Shown: positions 7,825 to 18,401, counted from the stretch's first letter. The stretch is 64,000 nt of DNA from Pseudomonadota bacterium (GCA_034439715.1 JAWXAY010000100.1:1-64000); one strand, 5' to 3'. The notes: generated by a model not told the origin, from the letters alone. Numbers and translations: made by a program.

Positions 7825-10518
7825 CTAAGTACCCTCAGCTTGCACGTCAAGTGCACGAGTTTCGGTCCACGGAGAAGAAGTGTTACTCTTTTTTGCTCGC
7901 ATACGCCAATAAACTTTGGAATTCGGTAACTTCTTTTTCAAAACGAACTGAGTATCTTTAGATACCTCTCTATTCAAAGATTTGGTAAATCCTCGGTCGG
8001 TGGCAAAATCAATTTCATAGGACGTAGCATTTTTTACAGTTTCCCAGGCAAAGGCTACGGGTGTAATTCCAGCAAACTCGACAACAGTTGCCCCATCGCT
8101 GGGAGAATTTACGCTGGGAACCGCCAGTGAACTGGCCCGACCCACCAAGAGAGAGGCTGTCCTAGAGTAGTCACTAATTATTTCTCCGCGATCATTGAGG
8201 GCTGCGACTTTAATAAATAATTTTCCGGGGCTATCAATGCCAAGATCAAAGTTATCCCCATTTGCTTGAAATGCCCTTGTTCCCGAGCTAAAACTACTAC
8301 TGGGGCTTACTTTTAGAATAAATGTGTTTGAGCCTGAATTTGATTTCCATTTAACATTAACTGCACCAGTGTCATTGTCGAGACTGGCACTAGATTGGAC
8401 CTTAATGTCCGGTGCAGTAAAAAACGAACTAATTGTACCGACTCTGCTAAAATTACTTGTGCCGCTTTCGTTTCTGGCGTTGACCCGCCAATAGTAGGCG
8501 CCGGGCATTACTGATTTCCACTGATAGAAAGTTTTTGGGACTTCCTGCTCATCAACCACTTGGGAAAAACTTTCGTCTTGAGCAATTTGCACAGTGTACG
8601 ATCGAGAATTTTTTACAGAGGCCCAAGACAATACGGGCACGCTTAAAGGGTTAAGTGAAGCCGGATTACGTGGGCCTTTAAGAAATTCAAGAACGGTTGT
8701 CACTTTTTGTTTTTTCAGTAGAGGTGCTCCCAGCTTAGTTTTTTGGGCGGCGTTCTGTTTTGGAACGCTGGGAACAAAAGAAGGAAGAGTCGGCTTTTTA
8801 TCTTGATAGGCTACGACTGGCTCGGGCTTTGGTTTAGCTGACGAATTATTAAAGACAGCAAATGCAACTGGTTGACTCCAAAAATCTGACAATACAGAAT
8901 CGCCTACTGCTCGAACACGCCAATAGTAGTTTCCGAGCGGCAACAGAATGCCTTTTAGAGAGCTAGTATTTACTGTTTGATCGTAGACCACATCACTAAA
9001 GGCGAAGTCCCGAGAAATTTGCGTGCGATATCGATCAACGGTAATTTTACTTTGCCATTCAAATCGAATAGAATTGGTCGCAGAACTGGAGCTTGGGTCA
9101 TCACTCAATACGCGCGCATTAGGGAAAGGGTAGATCGGTGTGGGGGCCTGCTTTCCAGACAATACAAATTCTGAGGTGGGAGATGTTTTTTGATTACCTT
9201 GCCGGTCAATAAAAAGAATTCGCCAGTAGTATCGTTTTTCTTGGGGTAATTGAGAGGCCTTAAATGGATGTAAGGGATTTTTTTGACTGAGTAGTAATTG
9301 CTGAAACTGGGCGTCCATAGAAACCTGTAGAAAATATTCAATAGGCTTGGCATCAATAGACCACTCAAAGGTAACCGTCGTTTGGTTTTTATCTTGCCAA
9401 ATAGTTTTCTGGTCTTCTGGCGATATTAATTTGAATGAAGAAGAAGGTGCTGTTTGTGCCGCACTTTCTTCTGACACGGATGAGCTGGTATTTTTGTTAT
9501 TAATAAAAAGAGTGAAGACCACTCCGATAACTACAGTGGCTGCAGCTAATATTAGCCAAAGTGGTAGTTTAGCTTCGCCATCTAGGTCTTCAAACTTTGC
9601 CGACTTTGCGATTACTGAAGCTGAATTCGTTTGCTCTAGTCGCACCGTTCGAGTTTCGAGATCTGCGCTGCGTTTCTTGGCAAAGGCATCTAGATCACGA
9701 CTAATTTCGCTGGTTTTTTTGTAGCGTTTTGTTCGATCACGCTCGCATAGTTTTTTAATTATCTTTAAAAATTCATAAGGACAGGACTTCAGAAGGTCCC
9801 GTGAGAATTCCAAGTCAGAATCTTTTATTTTCCTGAGTATTGCCGTCTGGGTCTTTTCTTTAAACGGGTTTTGTCCGGTCAGCATCTCAAACAGAATAAT
9901 ACCAATTCCCCAAAGGTCAGATTGCGGATTGGCCTCGAGGCCAGAGGCCACCTCGGGCGACATGTAGAGAGGCGAGCCGACGACCTCACCCGCTTTAGTG
10001 AGTTCAAAATTTGTGTCTTCTGCGACTTTCGCAATTCCTAGGTCCACAATTTTTATTGAACCATCTCTTCGGTAGATTATATTCGCGGGTTTCATATCTC
10101 GATGAATGATGCCGCTATTGTGGAGGGCCTCAACGCCGGCTACTATTTGTTGAAAAATGGGTATCGCCTTATCGAGAGAAAAACTGGATTCTGCAATGAA
10201 CTCTTTGAGAGAAACGCCATCGACATATTCCATGGTAAGATAGTGGATGTTTTCGGCTTGGCCAAGACTATGAACGATGACAACGTTGGGATGATTTAGT
10301 TGGGCCAGAACTTTACCTTCGGAATCAAATCGTATAACGAGTTCGGGATCTTTGTCGGCTAGATTTCTGGGTATAATTTTAAGCGCTACTCGACGGTTGA
10401 GAGAAGGTTCATAGGCTTCATAAACCTCTCCCATTCCGCCTTTTCCAATAAGGCGAATAATTTCGTAAGTGCCGAGAGTTGAGCCCGGCTTTAGCGATCC
10501 TTCTTTCTTTTTTGACAT
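7825..10518 (-). CDS. Hanks-type Ser/Thr kinase with one TM helix and five periplasmic FN3-like repeats
   Basis: GKGGMG, VALK, HRDMKPAN, DLG, YMSPE; TM LPLWLILAAATVVIGVVFTLF; repeats of W..Y..Q-S-D..F...YYWRV. Confidence 0.9.
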   Translation of the reverse strand: MSKKKEGSLKPGSTLGTYEIIRLIGKGGMGEVYEAYEPSLNRRVALKIIPRNLADKDPELVIRFDSEGKVLAQLNHPNVVIVHSLGQAENIHYLTMEYVDGVSLKEFIAESSFSLDKAIPIFQQIVAGVEALHNSGIIHRDMKPANIIYRRDGSIKIVDLGIAKVAEDTNFELTKAGEVVGSPLYMSPEVASGLEANPQSDLWGIGIILFEMLTGQNPFKEKTQTAILRKIKDSDLEFSRDLLKSCPYEFLKIIKKLCERDRTKRYKKTSEISRDLDAFAKKRSADLETRTVRLEQTNSASVIAKSAKFEDLDGEAKLPLWLILAAATVVIGVVFTLFINNKNTSSSVSEESAAQTAPSSSFKLISPEDQKTIWQDKNQTTVTFEWSIDAKPIEYFLQVSMDAQFQQLLLSQKNPLHPFKASQLPQEKRYYWRILFIDRQGNQKTSPTSEFVLSGKQAPTPIYPFPNARVLSDDPSSSSATNSIRFEWQSKITVDRYRTQISRDFAFSDVVYDQTVNTSSLKGILLPLGNYYWRVRAVGDSVLSDFWSQPVAFAVFNNSSAKPKPEPVVAYQDKKPTLPSFVPSVPKQNAAQKTKLGAPLLKKQKVTTVLEFLKGPRNPASLNPLSVPVLSWASVKNSRSYTVQIAQDESFSQVVDEQEVPKTFYQWKSVMPGAYYWRVNARNESGTSNFSRVGTISSFFTAPDIKVQSSASLDNDTGAVNVKWKSNSGSNTFILKVSPSSSFSSGTRAFQANGDNFDLGIDSPGKLFIKVAALNDRGEIISDYSRTASLLVGRASSLAVPSVNSPSDGATVVEFAGITPVAFAWETVKNATSYEIDFATDRGFTKSLNREVSKDTQFVLKKKLPNSKVYWRMRAKKSNTSSPWTETRALDVQAEGT

Positions 10519-10607
10519 AATATCTCATAAAACTAATCGGAATTTTGCAGCCTTAGTGTATGTATTCAGGACCAAAGTTGGGGTCCAATTTTTTTGGTGA
10601 AAATATT

Positions 10608-10636
10608 TCAAGATTGTATCTAGATTGTCCGAGTTA
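10608..10636 (+). promoter_or_regulatory. Possible sigma28 promoter
   Basis: TCAAG-N16-CCGAGT upstream of 10670. Confidence 0.3.
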
Positions 10637-10669
10637 ATATGAGAAAATTTAAATACTTAGGTTTGAATT

Positions 10670-11890
10670 ATGAGAATATGCCCAATTTTAATGTTTAGCG
10701 CAGCAATTATCTGGGGAGGGCTGGGTATTGCGGCCTCAAAAAAACCCTCTTTAATCAACTGGTACGAACCGGAATTTCTAATGGCGCAAGACGATGTAGC
10801 AGAGATTCGATTGTCTGGTGAAACCTTGCCACGCGCTATCGTGTCGGTGGATCTAAGTAAAATAATATCTATCAGCGGAGGAACTGCAAAGCGTCGCCCT
10901 GTAAAGTCAGAAATCAGATCGGCAATCTCGGACGAAAAAGGGTCATTTGAGCTAGTTATTTCCGTGGCATACGGTATTTTGCAAGTTCCGGTGCAGGTTC
11001 AAGTTGCAACAGAACCGCAACAGAATTTATTAGTGATATTCGAGGTAGCAAGCAATACAGTTAAAGTAAATGCCAAGACAATTAAAAAAGTAAAAGTAAA
11101 GGTCGTGAAGGGATTGCAGAGTGAGGAAGTCTTAGAGGAGGCCAAGCCAAAAGCAGAGCGAGCGCGAGTAAAATCTGAAGTGGGAGACACTAATTTTGAT
11201 ATTTCGTTGGGAGTAGCATATCCTTCACACAGATATGCACAAAAAATTAATTTAGAGAGTGATGTTTCGTTTCAAAGTGGTAATGCCCCGTCCTTAAATT
11301 TAATGGGCGGAGGCAAACTCGGATCATTCGGCTTTGACCTGGGGTACAATTCTAGCTCTGGCAGCATAGCATCGGCCGCCGAGCCTTTTGTAATTAAAAA
11401 AGGCGATTATAAGTGGCAGAATCTTAATTTAATGTTCTCCTATCTTTTTGGAGAAAAGCCTAAGAGAGTCGGTTCCGGATATGTACTTAGCCTAGGATAT
11501 GGCTCTCGCATCCAGCCGCTTCTGTCTATTAACTCTGTATCAAAAGAAGTTTTTGCAATTTCAATTACTGAGAACGATGCCATCGTTGGTTTTAAAGCCA
11601 AGTTCGGTCAACCTGATGACTTGCTGTTTGAGTCCGGAGTTAACTATCATTTGCCCGTCTCGTCGGCGAGCGAAAGCGGAGAATTTACCCTGAAATCGGC
11701 ATCAGCTATCGAAGTAAGTTTCGCAGTCAAAAAATCACTTGGAGACTCTTACATTCTGAACGGTTTTGTTAATGTAATTTCGAGTCAAAGCTCTTTTGAT
11801 TATACAGAAACACCAACCTCAACAACCATTACTGGTTCCAAGTCATTTTTGGTGACTGATATTGGCGGCAGTGTTGGATTTAGTTTTTAG
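10670..11890 (+). CDS. Outer-membrane beta-barrel protein with N-terminal Ig-like domain
   Basis: Signal peptide; LSGET.P...V...D.KGSF Ig-like segment; amphipathic strands; C-terminal GSVGFSF. Confidence 0.7.
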   Translation: MRICPILMFSAAIIWGGLGIAASKKPSLINWYEPEFLMAQDDVAEIRLSGETLPRAIVSVDLSKIISISGGTAKRRPVKSEIRSAISDEKGSFELVISVAYGILQVPVQVQVATEPQQNLLVIFEVASNTVKVNAKTIKKVKVKVVKGLQSEEVLEEAKPKAERARVKSEVGDTNFDISLGVAYPSHRYAQKINLESDVSFQSGNAPSLNLMGGGKLGSFGFDLGYNSSSGSIASAAEPFVIKKGDYKWQNLNLMFSYLFGEKPKRVGSGYVLSLGYGSRIQPLLSINSVSKEVFAISITENDAIVGFKAKFGQPDDLLFESGVNYHLPVSSASESGEFTLKSASAIEVSFAVKKSLGDSYILNGFVNVISSQSSFDYTETPTSTTITGSKSFLVTDIGGSVGFSF

Positions 11891-11972
11891 ACCGTCTCAA
11901 CCTGATACATATCTAGGTAATTCTTCATAATTTATGGCTTTGGTGCTAGAATAATACTTGGGTAGTCTGTAA

Positions 11973-13604
11973 ATGGGGAGCAACTTGAAAAATCAAGTGG
12001 GTTACATTTCTTTATTTTGCATAACCTTGGGTTTTATTCTCTTAAGTTTTAATGCCTGCGAGAAATCAGGAATGCTTCAAGGAAAAGTTATCTTTGGCAG
12101 CAATATCGTTCCGCCCCCCTTACCGCAAGAGTTGAAACTTTCAACAAAAACTGTTGCTCTTCTAAATGGCTCCAGCTCAGTCAATCTCTCGCAATTTATT
12201 TTGGACGGAGTGCCGCCTTATAATTTTCAAATTCTCTCAAATACTTCTACCTCTAGCTTAACTCTAGATTCATTTACTCCCACAGGGGTGGGACTGGTGC
12301 AGTTTAAAATATTAGACTCAGAGGAAAGGTTCGCCGACTTTTCAGTCAAAGTGAAAGGCCCCGACTTAAATTATGACTTTACTCAGGGGACCGTATCAGG
12401 ACTGGTTGATGGTGTAATGAACTCCACCCTGCTTAGTCATAGTCGAAACGACGGTGGGCTAAATATCGCGAGGTATCTCAATGGCGCCGGAAACCTAGTT
12501 GCTGTGAATTCTGGCCTGCCACGATTTCAATATTCCCTAGGGGTGGTTACTCCTGTCGGGTTGTTTATCGAAAGAGCCTCGACTAATTTAATTCGCAAAA
12601 CGCAGACGATAACAAATTTAAATGTAGATCCCGCCGGCTGGAGAATTGCGCAAAGTGCGGACCCTGCGCTTGTTGGCATTGTCACTACTAACGTACAAAA
12701 TAATTCTGCCGCTGGTCCCGATGGCCTTGTGAGCGCTACAAGAATAAGATTACTGGCGACAGGCGGCACTAACATTGTTACTTCGCTATTGCCGGCAACT
12801 ATAGGCAACTCTTACACGGCATCGATTTATATTAAGGGGAGAGTGGTTGGACAATATGTTACCCTCTACATGAATGGTACGAACGCTTTGCGTATAGTTA
12901 CTATGCTTGATACCACAAAATATGTTCGTTATACGATGACTGGTGTGGCGACTTTGACAAATATCTCTTTCCAAGTAGATAATGATGGTATCGATCTGAA
13001 TGGGGATCTTAATAATCAGGAGTTGCTTGACGGTGACTTTTGGGGAGCGCAAATAGAGCCAGGCGTGCGGGCCTCTACGGCAATTGTGACTAATGGAACT
13101 CCGCTTGCCCGTGGTGCCGATGAATTAAAAATCACTGACCTGGCGTGGCTTAATAAAAAAGAAGGTACGATAGTGCTTTCCTTGGTTGTGCCCAACATTC
13201 TGCCCGAGGACGGCAAGTACCTCTTTGGTCTTTCCAATGGACCCCTAATTGGGACAACTGCTGCGGATGGATTTTATATTCTGAAATCTCAAGGAAAAAC
13301 TGCTTTTGAGTTAGTAAAGGGCGGCACTTCAACCATTTCTAGTGGTAGTCTGCGACCTGTCTGGAGGACAGGTGATATAATTAAAATAGCTGTAAGATAC
13401 CAAGCCAACTCTATAACGATGTATGAAAATGGCGTGTTTGCAGGACAATTAAACGAATCATTGCCGGATGCCTTAAGTCTTATAACGCTTGGTTATAGTG
13501 GGGGACATGGCGGGCAAAGTTACATTAATGGATTCCAAACGGGATTCAAATATATCGATGCTTTAATCCAAGACCAAGACTTAATTAATCTGTCCACCCA
13601 ATAG
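11973..13604 (+). CDS. Lipoprotein with phage head/tail-fibre-like and LamG-like domains
   Basis: Lipobox-like LSFNAC; motifs PRFQY..GLFIERASTNLI, GPDG, WGAQIE.G..ASTAIVT.G...RGAD, EGTIV; Gly/Thr/Asn-rich beta composition. Confidence 0.65.
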   Translation: MGSNLKNQVGYISLFCITLGFILLSFNACEKSGMLQGKVIFGSNIVPPPLPQELKLSTKTVALLNGSSSVNLSQFILDGVPPYNFQILSNTSTSSLTLDSFTPTGVGLVQFKILDSEERFADFSVKVKGPDLNYDFTQGTVSGLVDGVMNSTLLSHSRNDGGLNIARYLNGAGNLVAVNSGLPRFQYSLGVVTPVGLFIERASTNLIRKTQTITNLNVDPAGWRIAQSADPALVGIVTTNVQNNSAAGPDGLVSATRIRLLATGGTNIVTSLLPATIGNSYTASIYIKGRVVGQYVTLYMNGTNALRIVTMLDTTKYVRYTMTGVATLTNISFQVDNDGIDLNGDLNNQELLDGDFWGAQIEPGVRASTAIVTNGTPLARGADELKITDLAWLNKKEGTIVLSLVVPNILPEDGKYLFGLSNGPLIGTTAADGFYILKSQGKTAFELVKGGTSTISSGSLRPVWRTGDIIKIAVRYQANSITMYENGVFAGQLNESLPDALSLITLGYSGGHGGQSYINGFQTGFKYIDALIQDQDLINLSTQ

Positions 13605-14660
13605 TTAAAATTTAAAATTGAAGTCAAGTTGCGTTCTCTGGTAATCCGTTTCCACATCAAGGTCACGAAGGTTCAAAAAATGTGACAACGAAAGTGTCGT
13701 ATTTGTCGCTGCAAGATAACTAACACTTAATTTATGGCCCTTGCCATTGGTGCCACCGCCAATAAAATCGCCATCCGTTAAGGCCCCAATCACTGCATCT
13801 TTTTCGACTCTGCGATAGTTATAATTGACAAGAAAGTCGCCGGTATTTTTTAATTTCCCTATCAGAACTCCCAATAAATAACCGCCGTCTTCAGCTGATT
13901 CATTTGTCACATAATTAAAATAAAAAATGGTGGAATGAGATCCAATGAGAGTAGGTAATTCAATAAACAGTTCATTCATCTCATAATTGTAAGCGTAATT
14001 AGTCCCATTCGCGGAGTTGCCTTTAGCGTCAGCCGCATTAACTAAAAAGGGATGATCTTTCAATGATGTCGCCTGAAGTCGGCCTATACCAAAAATAATT
14101 TCTTGATTTGAAATTTTAGCCACACTACCAATCTGAAGTCCTAAAAGACCAGAGTCGGTTTCGGTAGCGCGCTCATCAAGCCAGTAACCAACGCCACGTA
14201 GAAACCAATATAAATCCGCAGGCTTTTGACTATAATTAAAACCAATTCCCTCCGGCGTCCAGTCGGCGTCCCAGATCAAATCGCTTTTACCTGGGATAAA
14301 AAGCGCATTCTCCATTTTGCCGAGCGTTGCTGTCAGCTGCGGTGTAATTGCGTGCTGAATATAAGCCATATCGACATGAATTTCTTTTTTGCTTCCAGCA
14401 TTGTCTAAAGTTTCATTGGTAGAAGCCGTCGCCACTGAACCGTTTGAGAGGCGCTCCGCAGTTGCCATGCGTAAGCCCACATTGGTTTTTTCGTTTATCG
14501 TGGTATCTATGCCGACGCGTAGACGCATACGGTGTCGAGTTCGGTCTTCTGTGCCCTCGAGCGATTCAATTTCGTGGCGATAGCGAAGGTCGCCGGTAAT
14601 AGTTGGCGCACCCAGACTAATTTTTGAAAATAAAAAGACTATCAAAAAACATAACCTCAT
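13605..14660 (-). CDS. Putative porin (Porin_5-like)
   Basis: GDLRYRHE, R.R.R.RLR, LIWDAD..PEG, D.DF.GGGTN.KGH, C-terminal QLDFNFKF. Confidence 0.8.
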   Translation of the reverse strand: MRLCFLIVFLFSKISLGAPTITGDLRYRHEIESLEGTEDRTRHRMRLRVGIDTTINEKTNVGLRMATAERLSNGSVATASTNETLDNAGSKKEIHVDMAYIQHAITPQLTATLGKMENALFIPGKSDLIWDADWTPEGIGFNYSQKPADLYWFLRGVGYWLDERATETDSGLLGLQIGSVAKISNQEIIFGIGRLQATSLKDHPFLVNAADAKGNSANGTNYAYNYEMNELFIELPTLIGSHSTIFYFNYVTNESAEDGGYLLGVLIGKLKNTGDFLVNYNYRRVEKDAVIGALTDGDFIGGGTNGKGHKLSVSYLAATNTTLSLSHFLNLRDLDVETDYQRTQLDFNFKF

Positions 14661-14710
14661 TTTATTCTCCCTATTGACATATCAGTAAACTTCTCACAAA
14701 ACTGCACATT

Positions 14711-15868
14711 ATGGCAAAAATTATCTTTGGATTATTGATTGTTATCTCGAACATTACTTGGGCTGTCGGAATTGAGTGCTTTGCGAACAAGAGCGCAAAA
14801 TCACCCAGCTTGGGCGTAATTAGGGATAAACTTTATTTATCTTGGACTGAAATAAGCCCAAAGCCTCAAATCCTAATTTCTTCACTAGAAAAAAAGCAAT
14901 TCGTTAAGCCTGCACTAGTTGTACAGTCCTCCAATTTGATCAGTAATTGGGCTGATTCAGGAAAATTTTTTTCGCTCTTAAATGGTGAGACTTATTTTTG
15001 GTGGCCTGAGAAATCGGCCTCTGGTGTGAATGGTTATGATTTAATGCTTGCGAAAAGTTTTGATCAAGGAAAGACCTGGCGTCCTTTTGGAAAAATCAAT
15101 AGCGATAGCTCCCCGACAGAGCATGGTTTTACTTCGATGGTTGAAGACAGCGGTAAGCTGCGGGTGATTTGGGTAGATGGTCGCGATACGGTTCAGGGAG
15201 GTGCCTCGTCACTGAGGTCGGTGGTTGTGACCGATAAATTAGAAACCGAGGAACTTTTAGACACCAGGGTTTGCGACTGTTGCGGTACCTCGACGGTGTC
15301 GGTAAAAAATGATTTTTTTGTTTTTTATAGAGGTCGGACGAGTGAAGAAGTTCGGGACATACAAATCACAAAACGAATTGACGGAAAATGGCGTGTGCCA
15401 ACTGCCTTTCAGGTTGATAAATGGAAATTGTCGGGCTGTCCAATGAATGGACCACACGCCAGTAGCAAGGGGAATTTTATTATCGCCAGTTGGTTTACGA
15501 AACCTTTTGATAAAGCACTTATCAAAATAAAAATTTCAAATGATGGTGGCTTGACTTTTCAAAAGCCTCTATTGATTGATGATTCCAAAGATACTAACTT
15601 GGGTAGGGTAGGAACTGATATGATCAATGAAAGCGAAGCATTGGTTTCGTGGGTGAAGTCAATTCCAAACACCGAGCGGGCTCAGCTTATGGCAAGAAAG
15701 GTGTCTATTGGTGGAGAGCTTGGCAATCCTGTTTTGATCTCAGAAATTAGCAGTTCAAAAAGCTCGGGATTTCCGGTGATAAAGGTTTTTCAAAAAGACG
15801 TGTATCTAGCTTGGACTGAACCCAACTCAGGAGTTAAGGTAGAAAAAATTTCGCTCAGCAAGTTTTAA
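14711..15868 (+). CDS. Secreted BNR/Asp-box (sialidase-like) beta-propeller protein
   Basis: Asp-boxes SFDQGKTW and SNDGGLTF; WVDGR, VCDCC and GCPMNGP motifs. Confidence 0.8.
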   Translation: MAKIIFGLLIVISNITWAVGIECFANKSAKSPSLGVIRDKLYLSWTEISPKPQILISSLEKKQFVKPALVVQSSNLISNWADSGKFFSLLNGETYFWWPEKSASGVNGYDLMLAKSFDQGKTWRPFGKINSDSSPTEHGFTSMVEDSGKLRVIWVDGRDTVQGGASSLRSVVVTDKLETEELLDTRVCDCCGTSTVSVKNDFFVFYRGRTSEEVRDIQITKRIDGKWRVPTAFQVDKWKLSGCPMNGPHASSKGNFIIASWFTKPFDKALIKIKISNDGGLTFQKPLLIDDSKDTNLGRVGTDMINESEALVSWVKSIPNTERAQLMARKVSIGGELGNPVLISEISSSKSSGFPVIKVFQKDVYLAWTEPNSGVKVEKISLSKF

Positions 15869-15878
15869 TTTATGACTT

Positions 15879-16217
15879 TTATTTGGAAATTTCGCAATAA
15901 AGTTTCGAAGTAGAGATATATTCGCGGTCCATTCTCTCGCCAGGGCAAAATAATGCTACACTGCCCTCATGCGGACCGGTAATGCTCAAGCTGTAATGGC
16001 AGTCGTTGGGATTCAGATTTCGTTCAACCATGTTTTTATAGTTTACTGTCAAATTAATGGCCAGGCCGGAAGAATCAAGCTCGCCTTTAAAAGTCATTTG
16101 ATCAAAATCACCATCGACGCTTACAGGAACGGCAAGATCACTTTCGCAAATAAAACTACTACCGTGAGCAGTCTGAAGTGACAACAAAATTGAAAATACC
16201 ATGTAAAATGCTTTCAT
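15879..16217 (-). CDS. Small secreted Cys-containing hypothetical protein
   Basis: Signal peptide ending TAHG; 4 Cys. Confidence 0.65.
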   Translation of the reverse strand: MKAFYMVFSILLSLQTAHGSSFICESDLAVPVSVDGDFDQMTFKGELDSSGLAINLTVNYKNMVERNLNPNDCHYSLSITGPHEGSVALFCPGERMDREYISTSKLYCEISK

Positions 16218-16378
16218 CGTGAAAAAGAGTATATCATAAGCCTCTGGACCAAAGTACTGAAAAATTTGCCTTTTCAGAGACCAAAACTGTCACTTTCGTA
16301 AAAATCTTGCTGGCTCTAAGGAGAGATTTGGCCACGAGAGGTATATAGCGACTCGATACTATAGGAAAATAGGGGATC

Positions 16379-17212
16379 ATGAATCGAAATCCCCTATATA
16401 TTTTATTGGTACTTTTGCTTTCTTCTTGCTCTGGGGTAGTAAAAAAACCTGAAGCGCTAGAAATTAAAAAAGTTGCAATAGTAAGTCTCTATTCAAATCA
16501 AAGTGTCTATAATGTTGGTAAAGACGGTGGTGGGGCGCTAAATTTTATTTCGTTTCCTACATTTTCGAGCCATAAGCCCCCGTCCGATAGTGCACTTTTG
16601 ATTCCCGAGATGGGCAGTTACAAGCTTGTGACTTATTCTTTGTATACCTTTGAAGAAGAGCTTGGAAAGATCAAAGGCTGGCAAATTGTGCCAACGGTAA
16701 AAGTGGTAAATGCACTTGCCTTTAAATCATTTGCTTTAAAATTCAGTCCTGACGCGTCTCGAGTAATAGCCTCCGACACTAGTTCACTATCGTTAAAATG
16801 GCAAACTCCCCGAGGCATGCCGCCGGTCACAACCGCCGACATTAAAGAACATAAAGAATTATTTTTAAAAGAAATTAATAAGATGTCAGAAGAGTTAGAT
16901 TTAGATGCTGTGATTGTCATTCAGCTCGACTTTGCCTATGCACCAGATCATTCTACCCCCGACGGGAAAGAGGACGTCACTGATGCCTATGCCTCGGTGG
17001 CCACTAGTATCAAGGTCATAAATCGTCGAGGAACGCTAGCCATAGTGACGCCCGATGCCAGCAGCGAATCTGGGGAACGATTTATCTCCGACGGAAGAGC
17101 TTCATTTGTTGGAAAGCAAATGATTTTTAATGACGAGGTTGAAAATCTGTTTAAAAATGCCATCCAGAAATGCGCAGTGAATCTCAGGGACAAAATTAAC
17201 AAAGAGCTCTAA
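16379..17212 (+). CDS. Hypothetical lipoprotein
   Basis: Lipobox LSSC; KKVAIVS and LDLDAVIVI alpha/beta motifs. Confidence 0.7.
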   Translation: MNRNPLYILLVLLLSSCSGVVKKPEALEIKKVAIVSLYSNQSVYNVGKDGGGALNFISFPTFSSHKPPSDSALLIPEMGSYKLVTYSLYTFEEELGKIKGWQIVPTVKVVNALAFKSFALKFSPDASRVIASDTSSLSLKWQTPRGMPPVTTADIKEHKELFLKEINKMSEELDLDAVIVIQLDFAYAPDHSTPDGKEDVTDAYASVATSIKVINRRGTLAIVTPDASSESGERFISDGRASFVGKQMIFNDEVENLFKNAIQKCAVNLRDKINKEL

Positions 17213-17215
17213 TCG

Positions 17216-17809
17216 GTGGCCTATAATCCCAAAGACTATTATTTCAAAAAGGCCAAAGCTGAAAACTTTGTCGCACGTAGTGTCTACAAGCTCGAAGAAA
17301 TTGACCAAAGACATAAGCTATTCAAATCCGGGCAAAAGGTATTAGATTTAGGCGCGGCCCCGGGCTCCTGGTCGCAATATCTCAGCAAAAAAGTGGGAGA
17401 ATCGGGTAAAGTTTTAGGGATCGATCTGACGCCTATAAAAATCAACTTACCAAATGCCGTCTTTGTAACGGCGGATATCGAATCCGTTAACCTTGAAGAC
17501 ATTTTTAAACAGCACGGATTCGTTCCTCCGCTGGACTCTGTTGTTTCTGATATGGCCCCCAATACCACTGGAATCAGATCTGCTGACCAAGCGCGGTCAT
17601 TCGCCCTTTGTGAAATGGCGCTCACCGTTGCCATGAGAATGTTAAAGCCCGGAGGAAGTTTTGTGTGCAAAATTTTTCACGGTAACGAGTTTGAGGTCCT
17701 CAGAAAGTCAATGCGGTCAAACTTCAAGACGGTAGACATAATTAAGCCAAAGGGCACCCGTAAAGAAAGCAAAGAAATCTTTATGATTGGTCTTGGATTT
17801 TTTAAGTAA
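17216..17809 (+). CDS. rlmE: 23S rRNA Um2552 methyltransferase RlmE (FtsJ)
   Basis: ARSVYKLEE, DLGAAPGSW, SDMAPNTTG, K-D-K-E catalytic tetrad. Confidence 0.95.
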   Translation: MAYNPKDYYFKKAKAENFVARSVYKLEEIDQRHKLFKSGQKVLDLGAAPGSWSQYLSKKVGESGKVLGIDLTPIKINLPNAVFVTADIESVNLEDIFKQHGFVPPLDSVVSDMAPNTTGIRSADQARSFALCEMALTVAMRMLKPGGSFVCKIFHGNEFEVLRKSMRSNFKTVDIIKPKGTRKESKEIFMIGLGFFK

Positions 17810-17843
17810 ACTCGCTTATTCTATATGTTTAGAGGCAAAAGCT

Positions 17844-18401
17844 ATGTCGACACTAAAAGTAGCCCGTATGGGCCACCCGATATTAAGAGAAAAAGCTAAA
17901 GAGCTAACACTATCAGAAATTAAATCTGAACGTGTTCAACGATTGATTGATGACATGATCGAAACCATGCACGAATACGATGGAGTGGGACTTGCGGCCC
18001 CGCAAGTACATGAGTCATTAAGGATATCAGTCATTGAGTTCGATTTAGATAATGAGCGCTATAAAGACTCAGGTGTACAAAGTCTTATTGTCTGTATAAA
18101 CCCAAAAGTAAAAGTGTTAGATAAGAAAACTCATGGCTATTGGGAGGGATGCCTGTCTGTGCCAGGCATTCGTGGCTATGTTAAACGTCCTCAAAAAATT
18201 GAGGTACATTTTTTAAATCGAATGGGCCAAAAGCAAACCATCACGGCCGAAGGATTTTTAGCCACAGTCTTTCAGCATGAGTTTGATCATCTAGATGGCG
18301 AACTCTTTGTCGATAAAGTAGCAAGCCCAGAGCAGCTCGCTTTCACAGAGGAATACCTCAGGTATCATCACAATCCCGAGGCAGAAGAAGAACTTGATTA
18401 A
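17844..18401 (+). CDS. def: Peptide deformylase
   Basis: GVGLAAPQ, EGCLS, QHEFDHL. Confidence 0.97.
   Translation: MSTLKVARMGHPILREKAKELTLSEIKSERVQRLIDDMIETMHEYDGVGLAAPQVHESLRISVIEFDLDNERYKDSGVQSLIVCINPKVKVLDKKTHGYWEGCLSVPGIRGYVKRPQKIEVHFLNRMGQKQTITAEGFLATVFQHEFDHLDGELFVDKVASPEQLAFTEEYLRYHHNPEAEEELD

Noticed and set aside
11973..13604. Prophage
   Set aside because: A single fibre-like gene with a lipoprotein signal; no capsid, terminase, portal or integrase genes
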